Counted from the stretch's first letter, positions 27,297 through 38,206 are shown. The stretch is 64,000 bases of DNA from an uncultured Alphaproteobacteria bacterium (GCA_944392775.1 CALXXV010000006.1:89270-153269); one strand, 5' to 3'. Notes: generated by a model from the letters alone, not told the origin. A program made the numbers and translations.

Positions 27297-29534
27297 TTAT
27301 AAAATATGCCTTTTATTATTTGCGTCTGGCGGACTAACAATACCCTCTTCTTCCATTCTTTCCATAAAACCTGCGGCTTTATTATATCCGACACCCAACC
27401 TACGCTGAATATATGAAATAGTCGGTTTTTTATCTCGTAACACATATTCTTTAGCCTGAGTATATAAGTCGGCATCTTTATCAGCCTTACTTGGTGCCAC
27501 GCCTGGAATTGCACCTATTGTATTTATGCCAGAAGTATCATCTGCTTCCGAAATTCCCGCCACATAATCAGGTTCACCTTGACCACGCAAAAAGTCGGCA
27601 ACCCTATTTATTTCCGTATTTTCAATAAATGCGCCATGTATACGCACAGGAACACGTCCCGCTTCACTAAATAACATATCGCCACAAGATAATAACTGCT
27701 CTGCCCCCTTCTCTCCCAGTGTCGTCATTGAATCAATTGCGCTACGAGCTTGGAAAGAAATTCTTGTCGGGAAATTAGCTTTAATAACCCCAGTTATAAC
27801 AGAGGTGTCTGGTCTTTGAGTTGCAGCGACCAAATGAATTCCTGCTGCACGTGCTTTCTGTGCCAACCTTTGAACACAGGCTTCTACATCCTTTCGTGCA
27901 ACCGACATTAAATCTGCCACCTCGTCTATTATTATCACTAAATAAGGCATATCCGACAGATCTACTTCTTGTGTTTCAAATTCAATCTCGCCAGTTTCCG
28001 GATCTGTTCCAACCGCCACCTGTTTAGTTAGTACCTCGCCACTGGCGCGCTTCTTAGACACAGCCTCATTATACCCTTCTATATTTTGAACTCCCAATAA
28101 TTGTAGGCGTTTATAACGTTCTTCCATTTCACGAACAGACCATTTTAGTGCATTTACCGATTCGTTTGCGTCTGTTAAAACAGGTGTTATAAGATGCGGT
28201 ATATTATCCCAAAGAGTAAAATCTACTCCTTTAGGATCAATTATCATCAATTTGCACTTATCCGGTGTAAAATGATATAAAATTGACATTATTATAGACT
28301 GAACAAAAACAGATTTTCCAGACCCTGTACGTCCCGCAATAAGCACATGCGGCATTTTAGCCAAATCAAAATACATAGGATTTCCGCCAATGTCGACTCC
28401 TAAAGCTAAAGGTATTTTATATTTAGAATTTACAAATGTTTCATTATCAACCAACGACTGGAAACGAACCATCTGCCTATTTAAGTTAACCATCTCAACA
28501 CCGATTAACTGAGTACTGGGGATGTGAGCAATTCTTATATTTTCTGTTGCCATTGCTCTAGTCATATCTTTTACAGTTTTACTAATATCGACCATACGCA
28601 CACCACTTTCTGGCATAAATTCATATAACGTAACAATTGGACCAGGTCTTATTCCTACAACATGCCCCCTTACGTTATATTCTGCAAAATGGAACTCCAT
28701 AGCCGTCGCATTACGCTTCAATTCAGGCGTAACAACATTTTTACCAAAATTAGATTTTTCAAGAAAAGACGGATCAGGCAATTCATATTCATGAAACTCA
28801 TCTTGAACAGATGTTGATTTTATAATTCGTTTAGATCTTTTTTTATTTATTTGAGGTTTAACAACTATTTCTTCCTGCTCTTCATTTGGCGCATCATATT
28901 CTTGATACTGCTCTGCCAAATCATAATCAGATTTTGGTTGAACCAGATGGAAAGCAGATAAAACCCAACGTACAGATCGCACCAAAATATGAAAAGCGTT
29001 TTTAATGTGATCCCATTTTATATGTAACAAACTTGCCGCGACCCAGCCAAAGACGAACAAACAAAGAATCCCCACTATAAAACCCAAGCTTCCAATAACA
29101 GCGGCTACATCTTCTGCAACAATAACCCCTGCCAAACCACCGAAGTTCGCCGACGGAGCTATTAAACCGAAACCTGCCGCCCCAAAACATAAGGCAATAA
29201 AAGCTTTTAAGAAATTATATTCCGGCAATTCTTCATCATTCCAATTTGCAGCCCATGACAGCCCCCACCTTGCGACACACAATATAAGAAACAAAGAAGG
29301 CATAAACCCGACACAATACTTAATAATTCCTACGATTTGCCCCATTATACTTTGGGTACCAAAAGTACTTGCTACGGCAAAACCATCTAAATAAGGATTA
29401 TACATTACTAAGGATATGAAAGCCCATATTCCCAAAGCCAACATTATCCCACCCATCAGGCGTTTTAAAAAGCTCTTTAACGCTCCAGAAATTCTATCTG
29501 GTAAAAACTTTGATTTTTTTTTCATGCTATGCAT
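27297..29534 (-). CDS. ftsK: DNA translocase FtsK
   Basis: N-terminal TM domain, linker, motor domain with Walker A GRTGSGKS, and a C-terminal gamma (winged-helix) domain. Confidence 0.9.
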   Translation of the reverse strand: MHSMKKKSKFLPDRISGALKSFLKRLMGGIMLALGIWAFISLVMYNPYLDGFAVASTFGTQSIMGQIVGIIKYCVGFMPSLFLILCVARWGLSWAANWNDEELPEYNFLKAFIALCFGAAGFGLIAPSANFGGLAGVIVAEDVAAVIGSLGFIVGILCLFVFGWVAASLLHIKWDHIKNAFHILVRSVRWVLSAFHLVQPKSDYDLAEQYQEYDAPNEEQEEIVVKPQINKKRSKRIIKSTSVQDEFHEYELPDPSFLEKSNFGKNVVTPELKRNATAMEFHFAEYNVRGHVVGIRPGPIVTLYEFMPESGVRMVDISKTVKDMTRAMATENIRIAHIPSTQLIGVEMVNLNRQMVRFQSLVDNETFVNSKYKIPLALGVDIGGNPMYFDLAKMPHVLIAGRTGSGKSVFVQSIIMSILYHFTPDKCKLMIIDPKGVDFTLWDNIPHLITPVLTDANESVNALKWSVREMEERYKRLQLLGVQNIEGYNEAVSKKRASGEVLTKQVAVGTDPETGEIEFETQEVDLSDMPYLVIIIDEVADLMSVARKDVEACVQRLAQKARAAGIHLVAATQRPDTSVITGVIKANFPTRISFQARSAIDSMTTLGEKGAEQLLSCGDMLFSEAGRVPVRIHGAFIENTEINRVADFLRGQGEPDYVAGISEADDTSGINTIGAIPGVAPSKADKDADLYTQAKEYVLRDKKPTISYIQRRLGVGYNKAAGFMERMEEEGIVSPPDANNKRHIL

Positions 29535-29581
29535 TTTATCACAAAAAACGACAAAATGGTATAATTTAGATATAAGATATT

Positions 29582-30280
29582 TTATCTAAAAAAGTCTGTA
29601 CTTTTGGATTTTAAAGCAGCTTTAACTAAATCGGCCGCAACCATACCTATAAAAGCTCCTAAAATCACATCTGTCGGCCAATGTGCCCCATAAAACACAC
29701 GTGAAGCACCTATTAAAATTGCAAGAGACCAAGTAAACCATTTTATTTTTGGTGCCAACAGCCCTAACATTACCAACCCAGCAAAAGAAGCGAAAGTATG
29801 ACCAGACGGCATCGAATTAAAAGCCCAATCTGTTGAAAAAGGAAAGAAACCTGTCATATCCAGCGCTTCGTAAAAAATAGGACGTGCTCTACCTATTAAA
29901 ATTTTTAAAATTTTACCAACAACACTTGCAGCAAGAACCGCACAAAAAACATAAAAGGCATAACTATTACGAACTTTTTGCAATGCATCTTTACAAAAAG
30001 TTAAAACACTATATTTATTTTCTTCATTTTTTAATTTTGGCTTTTCTTTTAGTGCCTTTTTTACATAAAAAAATAACATTATAACAGCAGAAACCAACAA
30101 CCATATTTTCGTATCGAATACCAAATCAAAAATGCGCCATAACCCAAAATCAAAATTACGCATAAAAAGGTATAAAGGTCTATCAAACCACATCACGCCT
30201 AATAGAACTATTAAAAAAGTGATTATTGTTGCATAGCCTAAAAATTTCCACTTTATCTTATTATCTTTTGTCAAAAACAT
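29582..30280 (-). CDS. PAP2-family lipid phosphatase
   Basis: PAP2 motifs KILIGRARP, PSGH and SRVFYGAHWPTD on a multi-TM protein. Confidence 0.75.
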   Translation of the reverse strand: MFLTKDNKIKWKFLGYATIITFLIVLLGVMWFDRPLYLFMRNFDFGLWRIFDLVFDTKIWLLVSAVIMLFFYVKKALKEKPKLKNEENKYSVLTFCKDALQKVRNSYAFYVFCAVLAASVVGKILKILIGRARPIFYEALDMTGFFPFSTDWAFNSMPSGHTFASFAGLVMLGLLAPKIKWFTWSLAILIGASRVFYGAHWPTDVILGAFIGMVAADLVKAALKSKSTDFFR

Positions 30281-30299
30281 ATTTTCCTACCTTGTATAA

Positions 30300-31808
30300 T
30301 TATTCAACAATTAGCCTGTTATAAACTTTTTTATCAGTCAATATTTTAGCAGCAACCGCCGCCGCCAAAGAATCTTCATCAACACCGCTAGTAATAACCG
30401 GGCAGCCTTTCCTTATAGAAAGAACATCTGTCTTATCATCTTTATTAAAATCTTTTGCATTAAAATCATCATTTATAATATTTAAAAAGAATGCATTTTG
30501 TTGAGAAGAAGATCTAATATTAGACAAGCAAACTATCGGGAAAACCCCTCTACCATCTAAAACTTTTCCTTTCCCTGTTTTTATAGATTTATTTAATAAT
30601 TCCAACGCCCCCCCATTATTAAGATCTATTCTTGTTGCAATTCTTGCGCTACCAGCCGTAGGTGTACCAACTAAAACCCCTCTTTCATATTCATAAAAAG
30701 CAGCAGCAACAGCTTCTGCGGTACCACGTGTCATATCAGAAACTAAAACAACAACCGCCGCATCTGTTATAGCACCTGCCCCAGGAACAATCTCCATCTC
30801 ATCTCGTGCGGTTTCCACAATTCTTAATACGGGTTTTTCACCAACAAACAAACCTGTTAATTTTGCTGCAGCTATTTCATCTTCACCAGTAGTGGCACGA
30901 AGATCCAAAATAATACCAGAAACATCGGTATATTTGTTTAAAGCTTCGTTTACAATAGCAACCGCATTATCTGAAATTTTATGAAGGACAATTTCTAAAA
31001 TGCCTCCTTTTTCAGAATCACTACGATGAATAATATCTGCATCGGTCAAAATAACAGTTGCTCTACGTAATACAACATCTTTATTACCATATGGCGTCAA
31101 TAATTTTAATTTTGATGTGCCAGAATTAAAACCAGAAAACACAGAAGCCAATTCTGTATCGGACATTTTCGCGACATCTACTCCATTTATTGTTGAAATT
31201 AAGTCGCCCTCTTTTATGCCGGCTGTATCCGCAGGAGAATCTTTATATATACCAGTTATTCTGTAATTTCCATAAGGATCTCTACTACCCTCTAAACCTA
31301 TGCTAGTAAGGATTCTACCATCTTCAGAAACCTCTGCTGCTTTTGAATAAATATATCGACCATTTTCATCGATACCGCGCAACAAACTATCAACAACCAT
31401 TTGATACATTTCACTTTCACTAGCATTATGCAAATTAACATCATTTTCGCGTAATTTCAAAACAAGAGCAGTTGTAATTTCACCAAAACCTTTCCAATCT
31501 TTAGCAGAAGGTCTTGGATAATTTGCAATAATTGAATCTTTCCATACCAAAACCACTCTTTCATCTGTTGCGGCTATATGTGCATCAGAATTTAAATTTT
31601 CAAGACTTTCGATCGCGACATTTATGTTTTTTCCAGCCCAGCTAACTGAATCTAATTTTTCAAAAATTTCGGCAAAATTAGACGAAACATCAAATACATT
31701 TAAACCGTCTTGGATTGGCTCGTCTGGAAAAAATAGGCTTTCTGATGCAAAAACAGGAACTGAAAAAAGGGACAGAAACAAATATAAACCATATTTAAAA
31801 AGCCTCAT
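30300..31808 (-). CDS. S41 (CtpA/Prc) family protein with PDZ domain; catalytic Ser/Lys apparently substituted
   Basis: Signal peptide and a PDZ domain (GIYKDSPADTAGIKEGDLISTINGVDV). The S41 core reads VVVLVSDMTRGTAEAVAAAF...GTPTAGSAR against the canonical LVN.GSASASEI...G..TFGKG. Confidence 0.7.
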   Translation of the reverse strand: MRLFKYGLYLFLSLFSVPVFASESLFFPDEPIQDGLNVFDVSSNFAEIFEKLDSVSWAGKNINVAIESLENLNSDAHIAATDERVVLVWKDSIIANYPRPSAKDWKGFGEITTALVLKLRENDVNLHNASESEMYQMVVDSLLRGIDENGRYIYSKAAEVSEDGRILTSIGLEGSRDPYGNYRITGIYKDSPADTAGIKEGDLISTINGVDVAKMSDTELASVFSGFNSGTSKLKLLTPYGNKDVVLRRATVILTDADIIHRSDSEKGGILEIVLHKISDNAVAIVNEALNKYTDVSGIILDLRATTGEDEIAAAKLTGLFVGEKPVLRIVETARDEMEIVPGAGAITDAAVVVLVSDMTRGTAEAVAAAFYEYERGVLVGTPTAGSARIATRIDLNNGGALELLNKSIKTGKGKVLDGRGVFPIVCLSNIRSSSQQNAFFLNIINDDFNAKDFNKDDKTDVLSIRKGCPVITSGVDEDSLAAAVAAKILTDKKVYNRLIVE

Positions 31809-31850
31809 TTTTTCTCCCCCTTTTTTTCATTTATATTTATCAAATATATT

Positions 31851-32723
31851 TTATTTTTCATCGTCTCTTAAATTAAAATGATACAAAATAACATTTGATA
31901 TATATATACTAGTCAATGTTCCCATAACGACAGCAAAAGTCATAGCTATTGCAAATTCTTGTAACATTGTTCCTCCGAACAAATATAACGCCACCATTGC
32001 AAGTATCGTAGACACGCCTGTCATTACAGTCCTTCGCAACATTTCGTTTACGGATAAATCGATTAAATCCGTCATAGGCATTTTATGATATTTTTTTATA
32101 TTTTCTTCTATTCTATCATAATTTACAACCTTATCATTTATGGAATAACCTACTCCCATCAATATAACAGCAATTGCAGTCTGATTAAACTCCAACCCTG
32201 TAAGCGAAAAAAAACCAAACATTATTATAAAGTCTAATACCAGAGATAAAAAAGACCCTATTGCATATCCTCCACGATATCTTATCCACACATAAACTGC
32301 CATTAAAACGAAAGAAAACAATACAGCTAAAATTCCCCCACGAACTAACTCTCCACCTATTTTAGGCCCGACAATTTGAACCTGAGAGTATTGAACATTA
32401 TTGCCTAAAATATTCTTTATTTCAGCAACCCTTTGATTTTGCTGTTCATCCGTCGCTCCTTTAGGCAACCCCACACGAACAAGTATCGCCTTATTATTAT
32501 CAACAGATTGTAATTCTGGGTTAAATTCTGCCAAGGCATGCCGCATTTTATCTATTGTATAATCTGCGGATACAGGTATAACCTCCATAGAAATCCCCCC
32601 GGCAAAATCTATACCATAATTCAAACCACGTGTTACTAAAGATAATATTGAAAGTCCCACCAACAATCCGGATATCCAATACGAGACCTTACGATACTTC
32701 ATAAATTTTAGTTTCATAACCAT
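31851..32723 (-). CDS. secF: protein-export membrane protein SecF
   Basis: SecF family sequence, immediately downstream of secD. Confidence 0.9.
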   Translation of the reverse strand: MVMKLKFMKYRKVSYWISGLLVGLSILSLVTRGLNYGIDFAGGISMEVIPVSADYTIDKMRHALAEFNPELQSVDNNKAILVRVGLPKGATDEQQNQRVAEIKNILGNNVQYSQVQIVGPKIGGELVRGGILAVLFSFVLMAVYVWIRYRGGYAIGSFLSLVLDFIIMFGFFSLTGLEFNQTAIAVILMGVGYSINDKVVNYDRIEENIKKYHKMPMTDLIDLSVNEMLRRTVMTGVSTILAMVALYLFGGTMLQEFAIAMTFAVVMGTLTSIYISNVILYHFNLRDDEK

Positions 32724-32730
32724 AACCCTT

Positions 32731-34290
32731 TTACTTATTTTTTACATATCCAATTTTTTTATTTTTGCCATTCATATACCAATCAATTATGACTTTAGAC
32801 AAAGAAACGCATGTAAACAAAGTCGTCAACACACCTATAGACAAAGTTACCGCAAAACCACGTATAGGCCCGGCACCAAATTGGAATAAAACCAAAGAAC
32901 AAATTAAATTTGTTAAATTACCGTCCATAACCGCTTTCATTGATCTGTGGAACCCTGCCTCCACAGCACGCAATGGCGTCGCCCCTTCTCTAATTTCATC
33001 TCTAATTCGTTCAAAAGGTAAAATATTTGCATCAACAGCCATCCCCAGTGTCAAAACAATACCAGCAATACCCGGCAATGTAAGTGTAGCACCCAACAAA
33101 GCCGATATTCCTATAATCATCGCTAAATTAACGATCAAAACGACACTTGCAATAATACCGAAACTACGATAACAAAATATCATAAAAATCATTATAAAGA
33201 TCAAACCAGCCAATGAAGCAATTTTACCAGCGGCGATTGTATCTGCCCCTAATCCAGCACCAACAGTACGCTCTTCTATAACTTGTAGAGGTGCCGGCAA
33301 AGCGCCACTACGCAACAAAACCGCTAAATCTTTTGCCCCCTGCAGAGTAAACCCTCCTGAGATTTGTCCTCTTCCACCGGGTATAGGTTCACGAATAGTT
33401 GGCGCGGACAAAACCTTACCGTCCAAAACAATTGCGAAACGCTCATTCACGTGTTCTGTCGTTAATTTTGCAAACTTACGTGCACCAGTTGAATCAAAGG
33501 TAGTTGTAACAACAGGCATATTATGTTGATCAAAATCAGCCTGAGAGTCTTTTAAAGATTCACCTGAAACTTCTATACGTGTATACACAGGTATTTTTTG
33601 TTCTGGCGCATCCATAAACGGTAAAAATTCAGTTCCTTTTGGTGCTCTTCCGGACGCAAGTTGTTCCTGCGTTACATTTTCGTTTACCAAATGAAAGGTC
33701 ATTTTTGCCGTTTGGCCAATTAGTTCTTTTATACGTTCTGGATTATCAACCCCCGGCAATTGAATTAAAATATATTTACCACCCTGACTTTGAATAGACG
33801 GTTCTTTTGTCCCCAAAGCGTCTATGCGACGACGAACAATTTCTATACTTCTTGACAAAGCGTCTTGAACCATTTCTGCTTTGGCTTTTTCAGAATAAGC
33901 CAATGTTATCGTTTTATCATCAGAAGATATATCAACAGAATCTCCTAATACGCTTTTTAAACGCCCTTTCGCCTCAGCCACCTGTCCAGACTCGCGTAGG
34001 ACCAAAGAAACAACACCGTCATTATTACGAAGATTTGAAAAACGAATAACGCCTTTATCTCGGTCAATTAAAGATGCGCGCACTTCTTCATACAGTTGCG
34101 CCCCCTTTTCGCTAAACATAGTATCAGTGTCAACTTCTAATAATAACTGCGCCCCCCCTTTTAAATCCAATCCTAAAGAAATAGGATGAATCCAAGATGG
34201 AAAATACGGTGCCAATTTAGGTGCCATAGTCGGCACTGCCAGCAATACACCAAATACCGCCACAAAAATTATTGCTAGTTTTTTAAACAT
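32731..34290 (-). CDS. secD: protein-export membrane protein SecD
   Basis: SecD periplasmic and TM domains. yajC-secD-secF order. Confidence 0.9.
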   Translation of the reverse strand: MFKKLAIIFVAVFGVLLAVPTMAPKLAPYFPSWIHPISLGLDLKGGAQLLLEVDTDTMFSEKGAQLYEEVRASLIDRDKGVIRFSNLRNNDGVVSLVLRESGQVAEAKGRLKSVLGDSVDISSDDKTITLAYSEKAKAEMVQDALSRSIEIVRRRIDALGTKEPSIQSQGGKYILIQLPGVDNPERIKELIGQTAKMTFHLVNENVTQEQLASGRAPKGTEFLPFMDAPEQKIPVYTRIEVSGESLKDSQADFDQHNMPVVTTTFDSTGARKFAKLTTEHVNERFAIVLDGKVLSAPTIREPIPGGRGQISGGFTLQGAKDLAVLLRSGALPAPLQVIEERTVGAGLGADTIAAGKIASLAGLIFIMIFMIFCYRSFGIIASVVLIVNLAMIIGISALLGATLTLPGIAGIVLTLGMAVDANILPFERIRDEIREGATPLRAVEAGFHRSMKAVMDGNLTNLICSLVLFQFGAGPIRGFAVTLSIGVLTTLFTCVSLSKVIIDWYMNGKNKKIGYVKNK

Positions 34291-34301
34291 ACCCTACCCT
34301 T

Positions 34302-34604
34302 TTATTCAACACTTGCAACAGCGTTTTTATTTACTTCTATTACTACGCCTTTTGCAACTTCCATTTCTATTGTATTTTCGTTTATTTTTTTGATTGTACC
34401 GTATATACCTGCCGCCATTACTCTATTTCCAACCTTTAAAGAATCTAACATTTTTTGATATTCGACCATTCTTTTCTTATTTGGTCTGACCATAAATATG
34501 TAAATAATTGCAAATATAACAACACAATACAACAGCAAGCCCGTCCAATCACCTGCAGGCGCAGATTGTGCTACATTATTAACAACGGCTGTAGTTTCTT
34601 CCAT
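34302..34604 (-). CDS. yajC: preprotein translocase subunit YajC
   Basis: 100 aa, single TM, YajC family. Sits upstream of secDF. Confidence 0.85.
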   Translation of the reverse strand: MEETTAVVNNVAQSAPAGDWTGLLLYCVVIFAIIYIFMVRPNKKRMVEYQKMLDSLKVGNRVMAAGIYGTIKKINENTIEMEVAKGVVIEVNKNAVASVE

Positions 34605-34686
34605 AGTATTTCTCCTTATATTATGAAGTCAGAATAGTAAAAAAAGCAGATTATGTAAAGAAAATTGTTATTAAAAAGCCCTAAAA

Positions 34687-36429
34687 TCAAACTCGTTCAA
34701 ACCAAGCATCAATCTGGCCAACTGGTATAATTTTATAAACCGGTCTACCATGATTACATTCACCGCCATGAACAGTTTTTTCAATTTCACGAACCAAGGC
34801 ATTCATTTGATTTAAATCTAATTTTTGTCCTGCTCTAACGCTATGATGACAGGCGTAATTAGCTAATTTCAAATGCAAGCGTTCTTTTAATTGCGAAGAA
34901 TGTCCACAATCACGAATTTCATCTGCGATATTCTGAAAAAGTTCTTTCCAATTTAAATCCCAATCTGCCGGTTTTTCAAATATTGCAATCGAGTTCTCGC
35001 CAAAAACATCTACATGCAAACCAGAAAGTTTAAGTTCTTCAGAAATTGTTATAATAGCTGCAACATCTTCTTCACGTAAATTTATAACTATCGGGGTCAA
35101 CAAAGGCTGAATTTTAATTTCATGAGAACGCAAGCGTTCATAAGTTATTCTTTCATGGGCAGCATGCTGATCAATAATTATAAAATTTTCACCACTTTGC
35201 GTTAAAATATATTTATTTCCGAACTGTCCTATGACATCACCTAAAGGCAAGTCTGATTTTTTTTCATCTGCTATAAAACATTCTGTATTTACATTTTCTT
35301 TATTAACAAATTTATTTTCTGAAAACATAAACGCAGTATCCGGTCCACGACGTGGGGAAGCAACTCTAAAGAAAGATGTAGTTGCATTAAAATCATTTTT
35401 AATGATAGATTTTTCTTTCAAATCAAAAGCATTTATTTTTAAATCACCGGCATGATCTAATAATGTTTTTCCTAATACAGACCTAAGACTTTTTATTATA
35501 AAAGCCCTAACATGTGACGGCTCTAAGAAATGTACTTCTGTTTTTGAAGGCGACACATTTACATCGACACTACGTGGATCAAGATCAAGGTACAAAGCAC
35601 ATAGCGGGAATTCACGTGCATGCATAACATCCATATAAGCTGCACGCAAAGCCCCAACTAAAACTTTATCTTTTACAGATCTACCGTTTACAAATAAATA
35701 TTGATCAACAGAAGAAGCACGATGCAAAGTCGGTTCAGAAACAAAACCATGCAACTTCAATGACGAAGACGTAGACAAAGCATTTACTTCCAGCATACGC
35801 CCAACAACATCATCACCCATAACTGTGGCTATGCGTAAAGACAAGTCCTGATTTTTTGGAAAATGCCACTTGTTATTAAAAACAAAACCCACATCTGGTC
35901 TTGCCATTGCCAAACGCTTTACAACATCTAAAACAGATAATAACTCTGTCCGATCGCTACGCAGAAATTTTAATCTTGCCGGAGTTTTAGAAAAAAGATT
36001 TTTAACTTTTATTCTTGTCCCTGTTTCCCAATCAGAAGGTTTTATATTACCGGTAACACAATCCAAACACCAACCATTTACATCTTTACCATTACATGTA
36101 TCTATTGTCATATCCGAAACAGATGCAATAGAAGGTAGAGCCTCACCTCGAAATCCCATAAAATTTATATTTAACAAATCATCATCTGGTAATTTAGAAG
36201 TTGCATGTCTTGTTATACTTTTGGCAAGATCTTCTTTTGACATACCACAACCATTATCAATAACGGAAATTAATGTTCTACCGCCATCGATAACATCTAT
36301 AACTATCTGATCAGCACCTGCATCTAAGGAATTTTCTACCAGTTCTTTGACTACACTTGCAGGATTCTCAACAACCTCTCCTGCAGCAATTTGATTAACC
36401 AAAAAATCAGGTAAAATACGAACCGACAT
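34687..36429 (-). CDS. mutL: DNA mismatch repair protein MutL
   Basis: GHKL ATPase N-terminus (IAAGEVVENPASVVKELVENSLDAGA) and a C-terminal dimerisation domain. Confidence 0.9.
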   Translation of the reverse strand: MSVRILPDFLVNQIAAGEVVENPASVVKELVENSLDAGADQIVIDVIDGGRTLISVIDNGCGMSKEDLAKSITRHATSKLPDDDLLNINFMGFRGEALPSIASVSDMTIDTCNGKDVNGWCLDCVTGNIKPSDWETGTRIKVKNLFSKTPARLKFLRSDRTELLSVLDVVKRLAMARPDVGFVFNNKWHFPKNQDLSLRIATVMGDDVVGRMLEVNALSTSSSLKLHGFVSEPTLHRASSVDQYLFVNGRSVKDKVLVGALRAAYMDVMHAREFPLCALYLDLDPRSVDVNVSPSKTEVHFLEPSHVRAFIIKSLRSVLGKTLLDHAGDLKINAFDLKEKSIIKNDFNATTSFFRVASPRRGPDTAFMFSENKFVNKENVNTECFIADEKKSDLPLGDVIGQFGNKYILTQSGENFIIIDQHAAHERITYERLRSHEIKIQPLLTPIVINLREEDVAAIITISEELKLSGLHVDVFGENSIAIFEKPADWDLNWKELFQNIADEIRDCGHSSQLKERLHLKLANYACHHSVRAGQKLDLNQMNALVREIEKTVHGGECNHGRPVYKIIPVGQIDAWFERV

Positions 36430-36430
36430 T

Positions 36431-36901
36431 TTAATCCTTAAACTTGACTTCTAGAATTTCATATTCTTTTTCCCCGCTAGGCAATTTTACAATGCAAGTA
36501 TCACCAACGCAACGCCCAATCAAAGCTCTTCCTACAGGAGAGGTACAAGAAATGACCTGTTTTCCATCAGATTCAACATCAGACAAAATTCTACACTGCA
36601 TTCTATTACCATCTTCATCTTCTGCAACAACGCGCGCGCCAAACACAACGCGATCACCAGAAAGCGAATCTACATCTATAATAGAAGCATTATTTATAAA
36701 CTCTTCTATAAACTGAATTCGTTTATCAATCTGTCTTTGCTTTTCCTTTGCAGCACTATAATCAGCATTTTCAGACAAATCCCCCAAGGATCTTGCCCAT
36801 TGAACGGTTTTTAAAATTTCGGGTCTTTGTACCTCTTTTAAATCTTTTAATTCTTTTATTAGGTTATCAAACCCTGCCCTAGAAATTGGTTTTTTATCCA
36901 T
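36431..36901 (-). CDS. greA: transcription elongation factor GreA
   Basis: The internal ATG (M34 of the listed ORF) gives MDKKPISRAGFDNLIKELKDLK...DLSENADY..., a GreA coiled-coil plus FKBP-like domain. Confidence 0.85.
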   Translation of the reverse strand: MDKKPISRAGFDNLIKELKDLKEVQRPEILKTVQWARSLGDLSENADYSAAKEKQRQIDKRIQFIEEFINNASIIDVDSLSGDRVVFGARVVAEDEDGNRMQCRILSDVESDGKQVISCTSPVGRALIGRCVGDTCIVKLPSGEKEYEILEVKFKD

Positions 36902-37002
36902 TTTAATCCTCATAAATTTACCGAAATTATACGCATTCATTTTAATTTTGCAATTATCAATTGAAAAGGCTATACTTTTTTGATCGGTAAACGAGTACAC
37001 AT

Positions 37003-38061
37003 ATGTTTAAACTAAATATATTAAATAGATTCTTAATGCGTCGTTTCTTTTCAGGGTTCGGCTTAGTAATGCTTGTCGTTTGTGGAATAATTATGGCCGT
37101 AACGTTTGTAGAAAGACTACCTTCTAATCCTACAATACTTGACGCCCTTTCAGAAACATGGATAAGATTACTAGAATACGTACCATTATTTTTACCGCTA
37201 TCTGTATTTATGGGGACATTATTAGCTTCTTATAACCTAACTAAATCCAGTGAAAAAATAATTATTTCCAGCGCAGGCTTATCACCATATCAAATGGCAC
37301 GACCATTTTTAATAGGTGCTGCACTAGTAGGAATTATAGCAACAACTTTAATAAATCCGTATTCTGTTGGTTTAAACGAAAAAAACATAACACCAGATCA
37401 CCTATCTTTAATAGACAATTCAATATGGTTACGCGAAGCATCTGAAAAAGGTTATATAACCATGAATGCCAAAAGCATGCACAAATCTGGAAATATACTT
37501 TTATTTGAAAAAGCGACTGTATATGTACAAGATAAAACTTTTAAACTGACACAAAGAATTGAGGCAGAAACGATTACATTGTCGGACACAGGTTTAGAAG
37601 CAAAAAATGCGGCCACATGGGACGATAATGGAATAGCAACGAAACAAGATTGGCGGGCAAGAACTTTATTAAACCCACAAACTGTTCTTGATAGATATCT
37701 ACAACCAGACCAAATATCATTTTGGAATTTACCTGGGTTCATAAAAAAGATGCAAGCAATTGGCGCCCCCGTAAAAAGTCATTTAGTTCAATTTTGGACT
37801 CTTTTATTTCTACCTTTAACGATGATTGCCATGGCCACCCTTGGGGTCGCGTTTTCACAAACTAAGCAAAGGCGAAACTATAGTTTTAGTCTAAAGTTTG
37901 GTACAGGTATTATAACTTGTTTCGCAGTATATTTTCTTACTAACATGTTCAGCGCACTTGGTTCGACAGGTGTTTTACCTCCGTTATTAGCAATAATTGC
38001 CCCACCTTTAATAATAATAGCCGGTGCAGGTGTATTTATAGCAAGCTTTGACACTATATAA
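37003..38061 (+). CDS. LptF/LptG (YjgP/YjgQ) family LPS export permease
   Basis: Six-TM permease with a periplasmic beta-jellyroll insert, typical of the YjgP/YjgQ family. Confidence 0.7.
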   Translation: MFKLNILNRFLMRRFFSGFGLVMLVVCGIIMAVTFVERLPSNPTILDALSETWIRLLEYVPLFLPLSVFMGTLLASYNLTKSSEKIIISSAGLSPYQMARPFLIGAALVGIIATTLINPYSVGLNEKNITPDHLSLIDNSIWLREASEKGYITMNAKSMHKSGNILLFEKATVYVQDKTFKLTQRIEAETITLSDTGLEAKNAATWDDNGIATKQDWRARTLLNPQTVLDRYLQPDQISFWNLPGFIKKMQAIGAPVKSHLVQFWTLLFLPLTMIAMATLGVAFSQTKQRRNYSFSLKFGTGIITCFAVYFLTNMFSALGSTGVLPPLLAIIAPPLIIIAGAGVFIASFDTI

Positions 38062-38074
38062 AAAAGGAACGAAA

Positions 38075-38206
38075 ATGCCGTTAAAAAAGAAAAACAAATC
38101 AGCTAAAAAAATAATAATATGGGCTTTTGTAATCGTTTTGATTATATTAATGTTTATATCTTTTCCAGCGGCACAAAACGTAACTGAAATTGTTTTATTC
38201 CCATGA
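38075..38206 (+). CDS. small Lys-rich single-TM protein (43 aa), not in ORF track; translationally coupled to xerD
   Basis: An AGGA SD lies 8 nt upstream of the ATG. The product is MPLKKKNKSAKKIIIWAFVIVLIILMFISFPAAQNVTEIVLFP. Its TGA overlaps the xerD ATG (ATGA). Confidence 0.4.
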   Translation: MPLKKKNKSAKKIIIWAFVIVLIILMFISFPAAQNVTEIVLFP

